From the NCBI GenBank assembly GCA_002245135.1, contig NGBS01000599.1, forward strand, positions 1-64,000: DNA of 64,000 nt, given 5' to 3'. Under the pieces are notes generated by a model. It saw only the letters and a program-made list of their open reading frames with translations. It did not search any database and was not told the origin of the DNA. Positions 36,982 through 50,500 of the stretch are shown one piece after another. The stretch is from Proteromonas lacertae (lineage: Eukaryota). A program made the position numbers and the translations under genes. Each line of letters starts with the position of its first letter. Positions within the stretch are counted from its first letter, which is position 1.

Positions 36982-37166
36982 TCAAGATGGTGAATAGTTC
37001 TTCTTCGGTATATCTATTTATCTTCTGTAATTTCTGGGAATTTCAAGCAACAGAACATTCATAAGCGATCGGTGATCACTACAAGAGGAGTCACAGCAAC
37101 CAGAAATTACAGAATGTGCTGTTGACAATAACTACCTCCGGAACTTTAGGAATAGCCAATCTTGAA
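36982..37166. other. Long branched hairpin, candidate structured ncRNA or old MITE
   Basis: Perfect 15-bp stem 37023-37037/37100-37114; outer TCAAGAT/ATCTTGA and AGTTC/GAACT pairs; locally GC-enriched. Confidence 0.4.
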
Positions 37167-37327
37167 TAAAATGGAAATGAAATAGGAAATGAAAATATGA
37201 AATTATTATCTTCACATTTGCATTTATTGAAAGATTATGATATTTAAATGAATGCTTCAAGTATAATGATAATGTTAATGTGATATAGAAATGGGATTAT
37301 CATCAATTGGATTACACTTAATATTAG

Positions 37328-38323
37328 TTGATGATAATTGCAATTATATTAATTTGTATAATATTGTATGTATATATTCAATATTTAAATATTGATATTG
37401 GTAATTTGTTTTTAAATTATTTATTATATAGAGTATTAGATAAATCATTCACAAAAATCATTAAAAATGAGGCAAAATACTATACCACCTTTAACGATAC
37501 AGATTTAAACCTTCCACACATTATTGATTTTTCTGTAGTAAAAAATATAAAATGTTTTTACAAACCAAAAATAATCATTGCTGTTTTATCATCTCCTCAT
37601 AATTTTAAGAAGAGATTTTCATTTAGATATATCAGCAAAAATTATTGTAATGCTAAAACAAAATGCAAATTCATTTTCTTTATGGGATCGTCATATTATG
37701 AAGATAAAGTATTAATAAACAAAGAAACTGCTGCTTTTAATGATTTAGTACAGTTTTCATTTCAAAATAGTTATTTAAATTTGACAATTTTGTCTATCAT
37801 GGCTATAAAGTATTGCTATAGAATCTTTAAATATCTACATTATTACATTAAGACAGATGACGATGTTTTAATCAATTATTCTTTGTTATTCAATATTTTA
37901 ACCAGAATAAATATAAGTAATAACCATGTATTTGGACATTATGATGGTAAATTTACTGTAAACAGAAATAAAAACAGTAAAAGCTACATACCTTATTTTC
38001 AATATCCATATAAAGTAAGTCCAGCATATGTATATGGTGGATTAATAATTGTAACACAATCATCATTACATAAAATATATAAAGAAATAAGCAAAAATCA
38101 TTCATATGTTTGGAAAGAAGATGTAAATTTCGGAATTATATGCAAATGGTGTAATGTGACTGTCTTGCAATATCCTTGTTGTGTAGATGCAAAAAATAAA
38201 AGAAAAGAATGTGTAATTGATAATAATACTATTGCAATTGAAATATATAATAAAATAGATTCTTTCTATTGTATAAAACAATTTATAGTAAAATTTCATC
38301 AATTATTAGTAAATTCAGTCTAA
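37328..38323 (+). CDS. GT31 beta-1,3-galactosyltransferase-like
   Basis: IIIAVLS, DLVQFSFQNSYLNLT, YYIKTDDDV, PAYVYGG and EDV motifs; signal anchor. Confidence 0.92.
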   Translation: MMIIAIILICIILYVYIQYLNIDIGNLFLNYLLYRVLDKSFTKIIKNEAKYYTTFNDTDLNLPHIIDFSVVKNIKCFYKPKIIIAVLSSPHNFKKRFSFRYISKNYCNAKTKCKFIFFMGSSYYEDKVLINKETAAFNDLVQFSFQNSYLNLTILSIMAIKYCYRIFKYLHYYIKTDDDVLINYSLLFNILTRINISNNHVFGHYDGKFTVNRNKNSKSYIPYFQYPYKVSPAYVYGGLIIVTQSSLHKIYKEISKNHSYVWKEDVNFGIICKWCNVTVLQYPCCVDAKNKRKECVIDNNTIAIEIYNKIDSFYCIKQFIVKFHQLLVNSV

Positions 38324-38524
38324 ATTACTTCTTGTTGTTTAAAATATATAGTGATTATATAAAATATAGTGATTTAATTGATTATATATACTCTATTACA
38401 AATAATAATAATAAACTGAGCGTGTATATAAAACTATAAAAATTGGTAATAGTGAATAGAAAATCATGGTTATAAATATAATAAAAAATATAGCAACATT
38501 ACTCCTCTCTATTATTTTTATAAA

Positions 38525-39271
38525 TTGTTAATGATTCTGATAATCATTTTCATATTTCATTTATTTTTACTTATTAACATATGTATCTTTGTTTTATTTG
38601 TAAATGATAATCAAATGTGCATGTGGTATAATATAAATACAACCACTAATTTTGATACTAATAAATCAAATTTAATAAAAGGATATTTTCAAGTATTACA
38701 CATATTGAAAGTAAAATATTTTCTCGGATTTGGCTCTGAATTGGGTAGTTTTCGAAACAAAGGAATAATAAAGAATGATCATGATGTTGATATTCTTATA
38801 CCAATATGGATGAATTATCACATATTTAAATGTAATCATTATTTGCACTACTATCCTCAGAAATGTAATATATATACTAATCCTAATTATAAAATATGTA
38901 ATAAAACAAGAATAGAATATTTATTTATGTTCAAGGAGTACATAGAAAATATAAGTAAATCAAAAAGCGATTATTCATGTAAGTATTGGGGAAAATATGG
39001 TTATACTAGTTGTTGGATGTTTAAATCAGAATATTTATTTTTAGATATTTGGGTGTTAATAGGGAATGAATATGTTTACAATGATATTGATATTTGTAGA
39101 TGTTCATTTTCTGATAATATTGTCTATTGTAATAAAAATGCATTGAAATCAATTATTAGATTATATGGAAAAAATTATATGATTCCAAACAAAAAAGGGA
39201 GTGGAGATGTATTATGCAAAATAATAATCAACCCAAATAGAAATAATTCAATTTTACTTACAACTAGTTGA
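38525..39271 (+). CDS. LicD/fukutin-family nucleotidyltransferase-fold protein
   Basis: YFLGFGSELGSFRNKGIIKNDHDVDI, LDIW and LYGKNYMIP motifs; signal anchor. Confidence 0.88.
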   Translation: MLMILIIIFIFHLFLLINICIFVLFVNDNQMCMWYNINTTTNFDTNKSNLIKGYFQVLHILKVKYFLGFGSELGSFRNKGIIKNDHDVDILIPIWMNYHIFKCNHYLHYYPQKCNIYTNPNYKICNKTRIEYLFMFKEYIENISKSKSDYSCKYWGKYGYTSCWMFKSEYLFLDIWVLIGNEYVYNDIDICRCSFSDNIVYCNKNALKSIIRLYGKNYMIPNKKGSGDVLCKIIINPNRNNSILLTTS

Positions 39272-39466
39272 GTTGTCTAAAAAACTTAAGTATTTATATA
39301 CATCGATGGATGGAAATAAGAACAATCAAATAATAACAGTAGTTACAATAAACAATTGGATAAAAGCCATATAATTCGCTTTATAATATTGTAATTACTA
39401 ACTTCTTTCTGTGGAAATAAAAAGAGTAAAAAAGTCTTATCAAAATAATTTAAAAAACAAAATAAT

Positions 39467-41365
39467 TTATACTACCTTTTCTGGATTATTACTAACATTC
39501 TCATGTAATCTCTCATTAAGATTATTATCATTTCTAATAACTGGTAAACTTCTTTGAGCTGGGATTACATTTTCATCTATATTACTATTACTATTTGTTG
39601 TATTACTTGTATTTTCAGATAGTTTTGATTTATGTTTACAACAATTCATCTTCTTGAAATATCCTCTTTTATACATCTGATAAAACAATGTAATAAAGAA
39701 TGCTTGACAAACCAATCCAACAGGCAAAGTAACATACAACACACCATCTGCAAGACCACCAATTAAAAATCCAAATGAACAACTACAAGCAGTTGTTAAT
39801 GCATAAGGCAATTGTGTAGCAACATGTTGCATATGAACACAATCACTAGATGTTGAAGACATGACTGTAGTATCAGAAATAGGAGAACAATGATCGCCAA
39901 ATATACTACCTGATAATACAGCAGCTAAACATATTGTATGTAATTCTGGACATACCCTTTCACAAATACCATTCATTATAGGAATTAATATACCAAAGGT
40001 ACCCCAAGCTGAACCTATTGAAAATGCTAAAATTGCAGAGAATATAAACACAATAAAAGGTAATATTCTACTTGGGAAATTTGATTTTTGTATTACATCT
40101 CCAATCCACACACCTGTTTGTAAATACTCTTTAGCTACAGATCCAATAGCCCAAGCCAAACATAATATAATCATTGTAGGCATCATCATCTTCATACCTT
40201 CTTTCACACCTTCTAATACATCAACAAATGTCATTATTTTTCTTGGGATATACATCAACATACATACAACTAAACATACACCACTTGACATACATAATGA
40301 AGTAGCTGAATCTCCATCTCCAAATACATCTGCAATTGATTTACCATTTCCTTCAAAACCACCACCATTGTAGATCATAAATACAAACACTAATATTATT
40401 AATAATATCAATGGAATTAATAAATCAAATACTCTTCCTTTGGTGGATATTTTTACTGTTGCTAAATCTTTTTCTTGTTTTATTACACTCTCTTCTACTT
40501 GACTTAATCTTCTATCGTCTGTTTCAGGTGCTTCTACTTTGTGTAATGCTCTTTGCTCTGCTTCAGCCATTGGACCATAATCAATTCCTGTTATACTGAT
40601 TGTTATTACCATTACTATTGTCAATACACCATATAAATTGTATGGAATTGTTTTGACGAATTGAACCATTCCATTTTTAACTATTTCTGATTCTTCCATT
40701 GCTGAGACTATTACAGCTGCCCAACTTGATATTGGAATAATGACACACATTGCTGCTCCTGTTGCATCTACAATGTAAGCTAATTTCTCTCTTGAGATCT
40801 TATTTAAATCAGTAACTGGCTTCATCACAGTACCTGTTGCAATACACGAGAAGTAATCATCGATAAATATAATTGCTCCTAGAAATGCTGTTGCTAATTG
40901 AGCACCAACTTTAGTATGGATGGCTTTTATTGCCCATCGACCATATGCTACTGTTCCTCCAGCTGCTGTCATTATATAAACTAACGAACCTAACATTAGA
41001 CAAAACATAATGATTGTAGCTCCACTACCAATGGATTCTGCGAGAATTATAAATGGTAATCTTAATATTTCTAAGAAAAATTCACCTTTTACACAAATAT
41101 AAATCAACGAACCTAACAAAATACCTGACATTAAAGAAGTTAATACTTCTTTAGTGACAAGAGCTAAAGCTAAAGCTAAAATGGGAGGTAAAATAGAGTA
41201 CCATGCTGGTTTTATACCAATGGAGTCGGTATTTGCCGTAGTTGGAGGGAAAGTTGTTATATCTGTATCATTGCCTAATAATGATGCATTTAAAGCAAGA
41301 GCAGCAGCAGTTGTGAGTGCTTTTGTCACAATGTGGTTATTTACCATTCTAGTAACAAAATTCAA
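39467..41365 (-). CDS. NhaC-family Na+/H+ antiporter-like transporter
   Basis: Multi-TM 632 aa; FIDDYF, ISREKLAYIVD, PISSWAA, GSAWGTFGILIP, GDHCSPISDTT and HVATQLPYA motifs; intronless. Confidence 0.9.
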   Translation of the reverse strand: MNFVTRMVNNHIVTKALTTAAALALNASLLGNDTDITTFPPTTANTDSIGIKPAWYSILPPILALALALVTKEVLTSLMSGILLGSLIYICVKGEFFLEILRLPFIILAESIGSGATIIMFCLMLGSLVYIMTAAGGTVAYGRWAIKAIHTKVGAQLATAFLGAIIFIDDYFSCIATGTVMKPVTDLNKISREKLAYIVDATGAAMCVIIPISSWAAVIVSAMEESEIVKNGMVQFVKTIPYNLYGVLTIVMVITISITGIDYGPMAEAEQRALHKVEAPETDDRRLSQVEESVIKQEKDLATVKISTKGRVFDLLIPLILLIILVFVFMIYNGGGFEGNGKSIADVFGDGDSATSLCMSSGVCLVVCMLMYIPRKIMTFVDVLEGVKEGMKMMMPTMIILCLAWAIGSVAKEYLQTGVWIGDVIQKSNFPSRILPFIVFIFSAILAFSIGSAWGTFGILIPIMNGICERVCPELHTICLAAVLSGSIFGDHCSPISDTTVMSSTSSDCVHMQHVATQLPYALTTACSCSFGFLIGGLADGVLYVTLPVGLVCQAFFITLFYQMYKRGYFKKMNCCKHKSKLSENTSNTTNSNSNIDENVIPAQRSLPVIRNDNNLNERLHENVSNNPEKVV

Positions 41366-41651
41366 TTATAATTAAATGACGAATCTCAAACATGTTTGAA
41401 AATGAAACGATTTTATTTGCTGATTTTCATTAATAAAAATGACTCAAAATTTAGCGAAAATATCCTAAAGTTAGCTTCACATAGTGTTTTACAAGATAGG
41501 CGTTTGCTATATGCAAATAGGTTTAACATCCTTTGAAATATTGATGGAATATCTTTTGTTTCATGCCTAAAAATTCCTATAATGTATAACCAATTGAACT
41601 ATCCAACAGAAAACCAAAACTGTAAAAACATTTGTTTAAATAATTACTATT

Positions 41652-44600
41652 TTAGTCATCATCAGGAAATACTCGTTTCTCCTTAACACTTAACATAATA
41701 ATATCTCTCAAGAGTCTTTCTGAAGGAGATCCTGAATTAATAACACTCAACTGATACATTGGTGGATTGTGCTTCTCCCAGAACAATACCCACAATAATT
41801 CTGTATTTTTCAAATAACTCAATAACAGCTATAATATAATAATAATATAATAAATACTCTAACAATCAAAAATGGTAATTTGTTAATCATTGTGTCTGGC
41901 TTTTTCTTTATTTTCGTTGGCTTTAGTTTCTCTACAGATACTCGACATAATAATTCTAAGAAATCTTCATAAGTAAGTGCATTATAAACATATCTAAAAA
42001 CAATAATAAATAATAATACTTCATATCTGGTGTATATTCATCTTCTGATAAACATACTAACTTAGACAGTGGAAATAATTGAAATACTCTTTCTCGTGGA
42101 AATATTGGTGTAATAACAATAGAAGTTTCAAATAAATTCAAACATTCTTCTAAAGTCATAAAACAGTTGTTTTTTGAAACACATTTTTTGCAATGTGCTT
42201 TAAATATATATCTTAATTGTGGTTCAATATATGTAAATAGTGTTGTTACTTTATTATTCTAATAATAATAATAATATAAGATATAAATACATGTAATTGG
42301 TTAATACATCTAAAATCATTCCCATCAATATATTTACCTCTTGAAAGTATGTGCTTTCTTAATAACAATTTCATTGCTTCATTTAAATCAGGACATTCTC
42401 CAGAATCAATATATTTCTTTATTCCAATTCGTATTAACGCTTCAATAAATTGATATCTCCTCATTTCTTTATTCAATAATAACTGTGAAGTTGAATCTTT
42501 ACTTTCATTACCAATATTATTTTTATCTGTTTTTATTGGTGAAGATGGCAGTTGTTGTTGTTGTTGTTCTTTTACTGTTAAATAAAATATATGATCTAAA
42601 TCTTTAATATTACAATATTTATCATCAAAAAATCCTAATTCTCTACAACAACTAATGAAACATTTCCTATTCAATGAAAATGGATTGTTTAAATTAGCAG
42701 AAGAATAATATCTGAATAATTCTCTCACTATCTTATAATGTGATTTGAATAGATTTAATACCATACTGTACTTTTGTTGATTACAATCAAATAATTGAAA
42801 TAATTTGTTTTTTTCACAATCTTTTATAAATGTATCGTGATATACATCAGGTGTGTCATATAAGTTCTTTGAATCAGTATAACTTCTTCTTGGCTCAAAT
42901 ACTGTATTAACTGCATCTTGTCCACTGTTTATTTCATTATCATCTAATCTGAAATGCAAATTTCTTTCTCTGATCACTTCTGGATATTCAATATGAAATT
43001 CTAAAGGCTTGACTCGATCATCTAAAATACACTGTATTGTATCGTATAATTTTTGTATTTCTTGTATTGGATCTGCAAGTATTAATGTTGAACGATGTGC
43101 TAATGTGGCTAATTCACCTGCATTCTCTATACCTAAATACTGTAAAGAATGATTTGATTTTAAACCATTTATAATATCAGTAAAAAAGAAAAAGAAAAAA
43201 TTAAGAAAATTTGATTATTAAAAATAAAATATATAAAAAAAAGATATAAGCATCCTCGAATAGTAAATGGATTAAAACTCAATTTCAATGTTTTTAGTAC
43301 AAAATTCTTAGCAATTCCTTTTCCAATTTCCATAGCAGATCGATATTTAAACTGATTATAACTTGCATCTAAAATCAACAAAATTGTATTACTTCCAATA
43401 ACTTGTCCTAGTAATTTCCCAACATCCGTTTTCAATGAATTATATGAAATATATAATTCTTCTAAAGCATAAGAATCTTTTAAACTCTCCAATAATATTT
43501 CAGCTCCTCTATCTGCAATTATATTGGCTGAAAGATTCAATGATCTTAATGAACCACCATTCTTTTTGAAATATTCTTCTATTCCTTTAATCCCTTTTGG
43601 ACCAATGGAATTATTACTTAAATCTAATATTGACAATGAATAATTTGATAAAATAGAATTCCATAATTCTATTCCAAATTCATCACTTAAATCATTACTT
43701 GCTAAATATAATTCTTTTATTGATTTATTCGTTTTTAAAACTTCAGTCAATTGTATTCCCATTCTATTACCAATATGATTATTATTCAAATTCAATTTCT
43801 TTAAATATTTACACATATTTATATCATCTACTAGAGTTGGTATATGTATTTGACCTAATTGATTAGATGATAAATCTAATTGAATTAACTCCTGATTCTG
43901 AGAAAACATCTTTAATATTTCATGTAAATGCTCATCTTTTATTGTAAAATGACTCAAATCAATAAGCGATGAATCTTTATATTTGTTTGGTATAAATGGT
44001 AAATTATGTTCAATCAACCACATATCAATATGATATTTATTCATATTATTTGGTTTATTTTGAGTCCTGATTTCTGTATCATATATTGAACCATTAAACC
44101 CTATTAGTGATATACAACTGTCAGTTGGTATGTTATTTGGATATAATGAATAAGGATAACATGATTGAATAGTTGTACTTATAGGAGTTGGTTTATTTAC
44201 AATTGGTGAAGAAATGGGATTATAAGATGGTTCATCTACTGAATGGATTTCATATCTTTTCTTTAATCTTTCTTCTGAATTCATATTGTTGGTATTTTCA
44301 TGAGTTTTTGAAAATGAGAGTAAATCGGAGAATGAACAAGCTAGAAACTTGGGTGGTAAATGTGGTAATTCGGATTTTGCCCATTCTTTATCTTTTACTA
44401 CATCTTGATAGACTGGTATTGATTTATGAAGGATTAAAGCTCTACTGAAGTAATTATTTGATTTTGCCATTGTATGTACCATAGTTGGGTCAAATGGTTC
44501 TAATAATGGTCTATCTGGTGGTTTAGGTGGAGCATGTTCGTTTATTTTGAAGGATTCTATTGGACTTCTTGGAATCTAATGATATACGATTAAATAAAAT

Positions 44601-44787
44601 ATAGAAAATATACAACATCACCACTAATATCATCATCAAATTTATACCATTCTTTCAAATGAGGTTTTTCACAACATTCATGTCTCTTTGATGTTCTACC
44701 CATCTCTCCACCCCTAAAATATAAATTCATATCAAGTATATACCATGTAAATGAGAATTTACTGTATTTGATCTGATCTTCTTCCAT
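41652..44787 (-). CDS. RNI-like leucine-rich-repeat protein with a C-terminal EF-hand-like helical region (spliced)
   Basis: LxxLxLxxN repeats; introns 44714-44743, 44576-44613, 43180-43247 (AT-AC), 42259-42290, 41994-42019 and 41829-41857 give one frame. Confidence 0.85.
43180..43247 (-). other. U12-type (minor spliceosome) AT-AC intron, 68 nt
   Basis: 5' ATATCTTT, branch-like TTTTCTTAAT, 3' AC; removal yields in-frame IRGCFDIINGLKSNHSLQYL. Confidence 0.85.
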
Positions 44788-44964
44788 AAATCATTAAAAA
44801 ATAAAAAATCGTTATAACAAAACGACTATATTTTAATTCTATTATGAATAAATCAATTTTCTTCTTTCAAACACACAAAAGACATATAGACAGAATAAAT
44901 TTCTTTTTTTATATTTGATGAGTATATGTTTGATTATATAAATATAGTTTAATTAGCTTATAAA

Positions 44965-46471
44965 TCACAGAGATAATTGATTAGTTACTGAAGTTAGAGC
45001 ATTCTTCCTCAAAACAGTCTTTTCTTTCACATTTTGTTTCGATTTTTCTATTTTCATTTCTAAAATGGAAATATTCTCTAAAGATGATTTTTTGAATTTT
45101 TCAACATTATCTTGATTCTATACATAATATATATTTATAAATCATATACATGTTCTAATTCCTTTGATAATTTCTCAAACGCTTCTTTTCTGATCTGTCT
45201 TTGTTGATTCAAAGCATCAGGATCATATTTAAACAACTGTTTTTCTGAAGCTGATAAGTGATAATTCAATATATTAATTTGGTTATAACTGTCATTCAAT
45301 TTAATCTTTAAAAATTGAATTTCTTTCTCAAAATGATTCAATTCTGCTTCTTTCAATAGACATCGTGTATTTGTATGTTGATTCATTGCTTTCATTTCAT
45401 CTTCGTATGCTTTTAACAAGTTATTAATTGCTGCTTTCATTGTTTCTATCTTGAAATTTTCACTTTCAATTTTTCTGATTTTTCTTTCCAATTCATCATT
45501 CCTTTCACATAATTTGTCATTTTTTACATCTAATTCCTTATTTTGAGCTTCAATTGTTTGATATTTTGCTTCTAAGGCTTTATATTTCATATCTAAATTA
45601 CTATCATCCATTGTAGTGGAATTTAACATTTTCAATTTTGATTCAAGTGTTTGTATTTGGTTCATTAATTCTTTAATTTTCTTTTCTTTTTCTGATAATT
45701 GTAAGTTCATTTCATTGAGTTTTTCTTCATAATTGAGTGATTTTAATATGTTTAATTCATTTAATAGTTTTGTAACTTCCAAATCTTTAGTTTCATAATC
45801 TATTGATAATTTTCTATATTTTTCATTAATATCTGCAAAATCAGCTTCTAATTGTGAATTTCTTTGCTTAATATCTGTTATTGTTTGCTATATAATAATA
45901 GATGATAATAATTATAATTATTATATACATTTAATTCTTTAATTTTCAACTTATATTCTTCAATTTCTGATGTATTTGATATATTGATTTGTTTCTCATT
46001 TATCTCTTTCAAATGTGTTATTGTTACATCATAAGTACTTATTTGTTGTCTTAAATTTTCAATTAAATTAAGATGCTCTTTACAAGCTGTCTATTCAAAT
46101 AAATTAATTAATAAAAATATATATCTATACTTCTCTTTCTTCCAATAATTCCTTCAACTTTTGTATTTCATTTTCGTCTTTCTTAATCTCATTATCTTTC
46201 TCATTCACTTGTTGTTTTAACATTTTTATATCTTGAATATGTTTAACACATGGATTACTATTACCTTTTATGGATAATAATTCCATTTTCATTGATTCAT
46301 TCTCATAATTTAACATTTTAATTTTCTCTTGAGATACTAAGTTATGTGTTAAATTGGTTGTTGATATTATTGGACTATGTTTCCCACAACCACAAGTTCT
46401 CTTATTGCTATTGTTTTTATCATTCAACATATTGTTCAATTGATTTATTTGCTTATTCTATTTTCATAATA

Positions 46472-46509
<38 letters not shown>

Positions 46510-47415
46510 TGCATCTAATAATTGTGATTCTAAATTCTGTTTATCATTCATTGATTTGGCTTTCAATTCATTCAACTCGATTTGTATTTGGTTAATTGAT
46601 TCTATTTTCTTATCAATTGTTTTTAAATGCATTTTAATCAAATTATCTTTCTCACTCATCAACTTCTTGTGTTGTTCCATTGGAATCATTTTCTTTCCTT
46701 TTTCTTTCTTATTGTCATTCTTCTCTACAATTATATTATTATTGTTATTTTCTAAAGCCTTTATTTGTTGTTGGAGTTTCTCTATTGTTGCAGTTAATTC
46801 TTTGATTTTTGCTTCATTTATTTCATGATTCGCTAATTGAGATTTTAATAAAGCAATTTCTTTATTTTTTGATTCTACCAATAATTTTGATTCTTTTTGT
46901 ACTCGAGATAATTCACTCTATAAAATATTATAATATATTACTTATACTTGAGTATCTGATAGTGCCATCCTCACTTCTCCTAAATCTTTTCTCAATATCC
47001 TAATTGTACTGTCTTTATCGATTGGAGACTAATAATTATGAATATAAATGTGAATAATATACATGTAAATCAACCATATTATTCTCGATTTCTATTATAG
47101 AGTAAAATAAGTAAAATACTTGACTTTCTTGGACCATTTTCTCCAGAGCTAGATGGTTTTGGTGGATTGACCTTCATAGTTTTCTAGAAATAACATTCAT
47201 TCTGATGTATATACAGTAGATGTTCCACTTGAGTAACTATTTCGGGATTTCTTCTGTTTACTAATTGGATATACACTATTGGGGATCTACAAAATTAATA
47301 ATAATATTGGGAGTTATACTGGAGGTGTTTTAGGAACTAAGTCATAATGAGAGGAATGTTCGTTTTCTGCTGGTTCCATTGAGTTTTTACTATTAATTCT
47401 AGGTAATGTAGACAT
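44965..47415 (-). CDS. Coiled-coil protein (spliced, many ~30-nt introns)
   Basis: ATG 47415 MSTLPR; ORFs 46453-46881, 46125-46439 and 45135-45782 are exons bounded by GT-AG introns; TGA at 44965. Confidence 0.75.
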
Positions 47416-47593
47416 AAATAACGATTAAAAATGGATAATGAAAAACAGCAGTTGTTTTTTCTTTTTAAATTTTTATAAAACGGTTATATTTATATTCTTT
47501 ATTGACAATTATCTCTCAAACAAACCAACAAAACACATTTTCATTCATAATATATATTATATTTTTAAACTGACTGATTTATTATAATAACAA

Positions 47594-50500
47594 TTACTTT
47601 TGAGGCTTGATCTTCTTCACATCCATAAAACATTTCACTCCAATAAACACTATTAGTGCAAGCACAATAACACCCAAAATACTTACAATTATAACAGCAG
47701 CTAAAGCACCATCTTTCAATGAATTATCCACTTCTTCTCTATAAATTGGTTCATCAAATGTTCCATCCACTGTTTCATACTTAACACCAGTAGCATTAGT
47801 TTCTAAATCACTATATCTAATATCTTCATTCTTCATTGCATTGATAATACTTCCATCATTCACTAATTCAGTTACTTTCTTACTTAATTCAGCATTATTT
47901 CGATCATTAGCCTTAATAACTAAAACGAATGAATTTCCTGTAACACTTTCAATACTTATATCATTGATATCAATTCCACTCAATTCACTTAATTTTCTTT
48001 TATAAGCATCTCTTACTTCCCAATCTTCAAATGTTAATTTATCTTCTAATTCTCTCAATATTCTTTCAGGCTTGACTGGATTGCTTGAGTATGTTATTTC
48101 AATCTTAATAATTACATCATCACCTTTACTTGGTTTGGTTTGTATATTTGAATATACACAGCTATCTCTATCTACATCATTCCATTCACCATCATCATTA
48201 CATTGACGATATTCTAAACCAATATAACCATCTGTACAATTCTTGGAGATGGTTTTACCTATATCAGTTGCATTCCAATAACCATCTTTTGGACATTTCT
48301 TTTCTACTACTTCGTAGTTTAATATGTATTCTTCTTTACCGTTGGATGTTGATGCAATTATTGTAAGATTATTTCCACCTGGCAATGATGAATCAATTGT
48401 AATTTTACCACTCTCTTGATCAATTATTACTTTTCTATCTTTCTTTTCATTTGGTTTATATACTATTGAGTATTGAATATTATCATATTTGTTGTAATGA
48501 TAATACATATTATCTTCTGGTGTTAGTATAAAATCTTCAAATTGATTGATTGTCCATTTTTCACTTGATTGTTGACAGGTTTCATTGTAATATGGTTTTA
48601 ATTCTTTACAATAGGTTAATGATACTGGAGAATAAAGTGATTCAGTTAATGAGGAGAATACATAATCAGAAAAAATTCTGTCTTTATTATCATTAGTGAT
48701 TTTCATTTTACTTAATGCTAAATCTAATGCTGATTTATAATCACTTTCTATTTCATTTCTTTCAGTAGTTGGTGTAATTTCTACAAATAATGTGATTTTC
48801 AATTGAACAATTGTTGATAATTGACGTATTTCTGGATGAATATATTCAATCTTTATATCTTCAATATTTGGAGAAGGGAATTCTAATTTAGTATTATTTA
48901 AAAGTGATAATCTCCATTGAAATAATAATTCACTTCTTATTTTATCAAATAATGTTTCAAAATCAGTATTTGCAGTTGAAACTGTTACATTATATTCAAA
49001 CTTAACGTATGTTTTATTTTCATTACTATCAATATTTCTACAATTAGTATTATCAATTTCAGACCATTTATTACCAGTTAAACATTTTCTATATCTATAA
49101 CCAACTTTACCATCAACACATTGTATTTTTACCCTTTCACCAACTTTAGTATTTGGCCATACATTCTCACCGATACATCCTTCAAATTCTTTATCTAAAA
49201 CTATGTTAATAGTAATATTCTGTAAAATAGTATTACCATCTTTTTCTTTGATTCTAAGTGTAGTATACTTTACATCAACATTACTTTTTGTGGATAATGC
49301 TGATATTCTTCCTGTCTTTCCATCAAACACAACATTGCTACTTTCATTATCATCACATTCACATTTTAATTCTCTAATAACTCCTTTGTATGATGGTAAA
49401 ATTGAAAATGGAATAATTCTTGGAGAAACAGTATATTCATCAAAATCATATTTAAAATCTTTAATTGGTTCAATTTGCTTTGTTTTAGTTATTCCCCATC
49501 TTTTATCATTACATTGTAATTTGAAATCATCTTCATAATATTCACTACTTATATTATAATTATCTAATATTGAACTAGTATTGTAAACATCAAAACCAGG
49601 ACAGGTAATAGGTAAACAATACTTGAAGAATATTCTATTGAGTGTAAAGTTATAACTATTATCATGATAGAAGGTAATATTGTAATATTTATAACTGGTT
49701 GCAGTAATTGATAATGAGAAATTAGTGAAATAAGATGTATTTAATGGATATACTGGAATAGACATATCTGATAATAATAATTTACCATTACTCTCTTTCA
49801 AATCATTATCATTAACATATCCATATATTACAACACCTGTAATTGATGTAATTTCCTTTTTATCATCCATTTTTATCTCTTTAAATCCAAAATTACTAAT
49901 TGGGACTCTAACAACATCAGAATATGATATTAACAATGAAACTGGAGTAGATGAATTGAATGTAATTCCTTTATAATCATCACTATCTACATCATTTCTG
50001 AATAGTTTTGATAAATCTGCTTTTTCAGGTGATGTTGTTTTTGTGTCTTTTTCTTCTTTTACTTCTATTACATCTGTAATATTTGTATTTACATTCATTT
50101 TCTTATATGTATTTGTTAAAATTGCTGTAATATCCATACAATCACCATTATAATTATCATACTTAGTAATCTTCAAATTTGGGAAATATAACTTTTTACC
50201 TGTCGTATTTGTATGGTATTCAATTCCAATAGTATTAACACCATTCAAATGTAATATTTCATTAGGAGGAACAACTTTAATATTCTTATAGTCAGTTTCA
50301 ACAGTTTCTTGTTCATATAATTTAATACCATTTACATATATACTACACTTATACTTATTATCAATATCAACTACAAAACTAGAAATAGGATTGTTTTGAC
50401 TTTGTAAGTTATAATCTGTTTTAATATATAAATCATTCTTTTCTGTTATTATTGTTTCATTTCCTAATACATTATCCCAATCTTTTACATTTACTGATGG

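Noticed and set aside
36975..37000. U2 snRNA (TAAGATCAAG resemblance)
   Set aside because: Lacks the GTAGTA branch-pairing sequence and the U2 5' stem.
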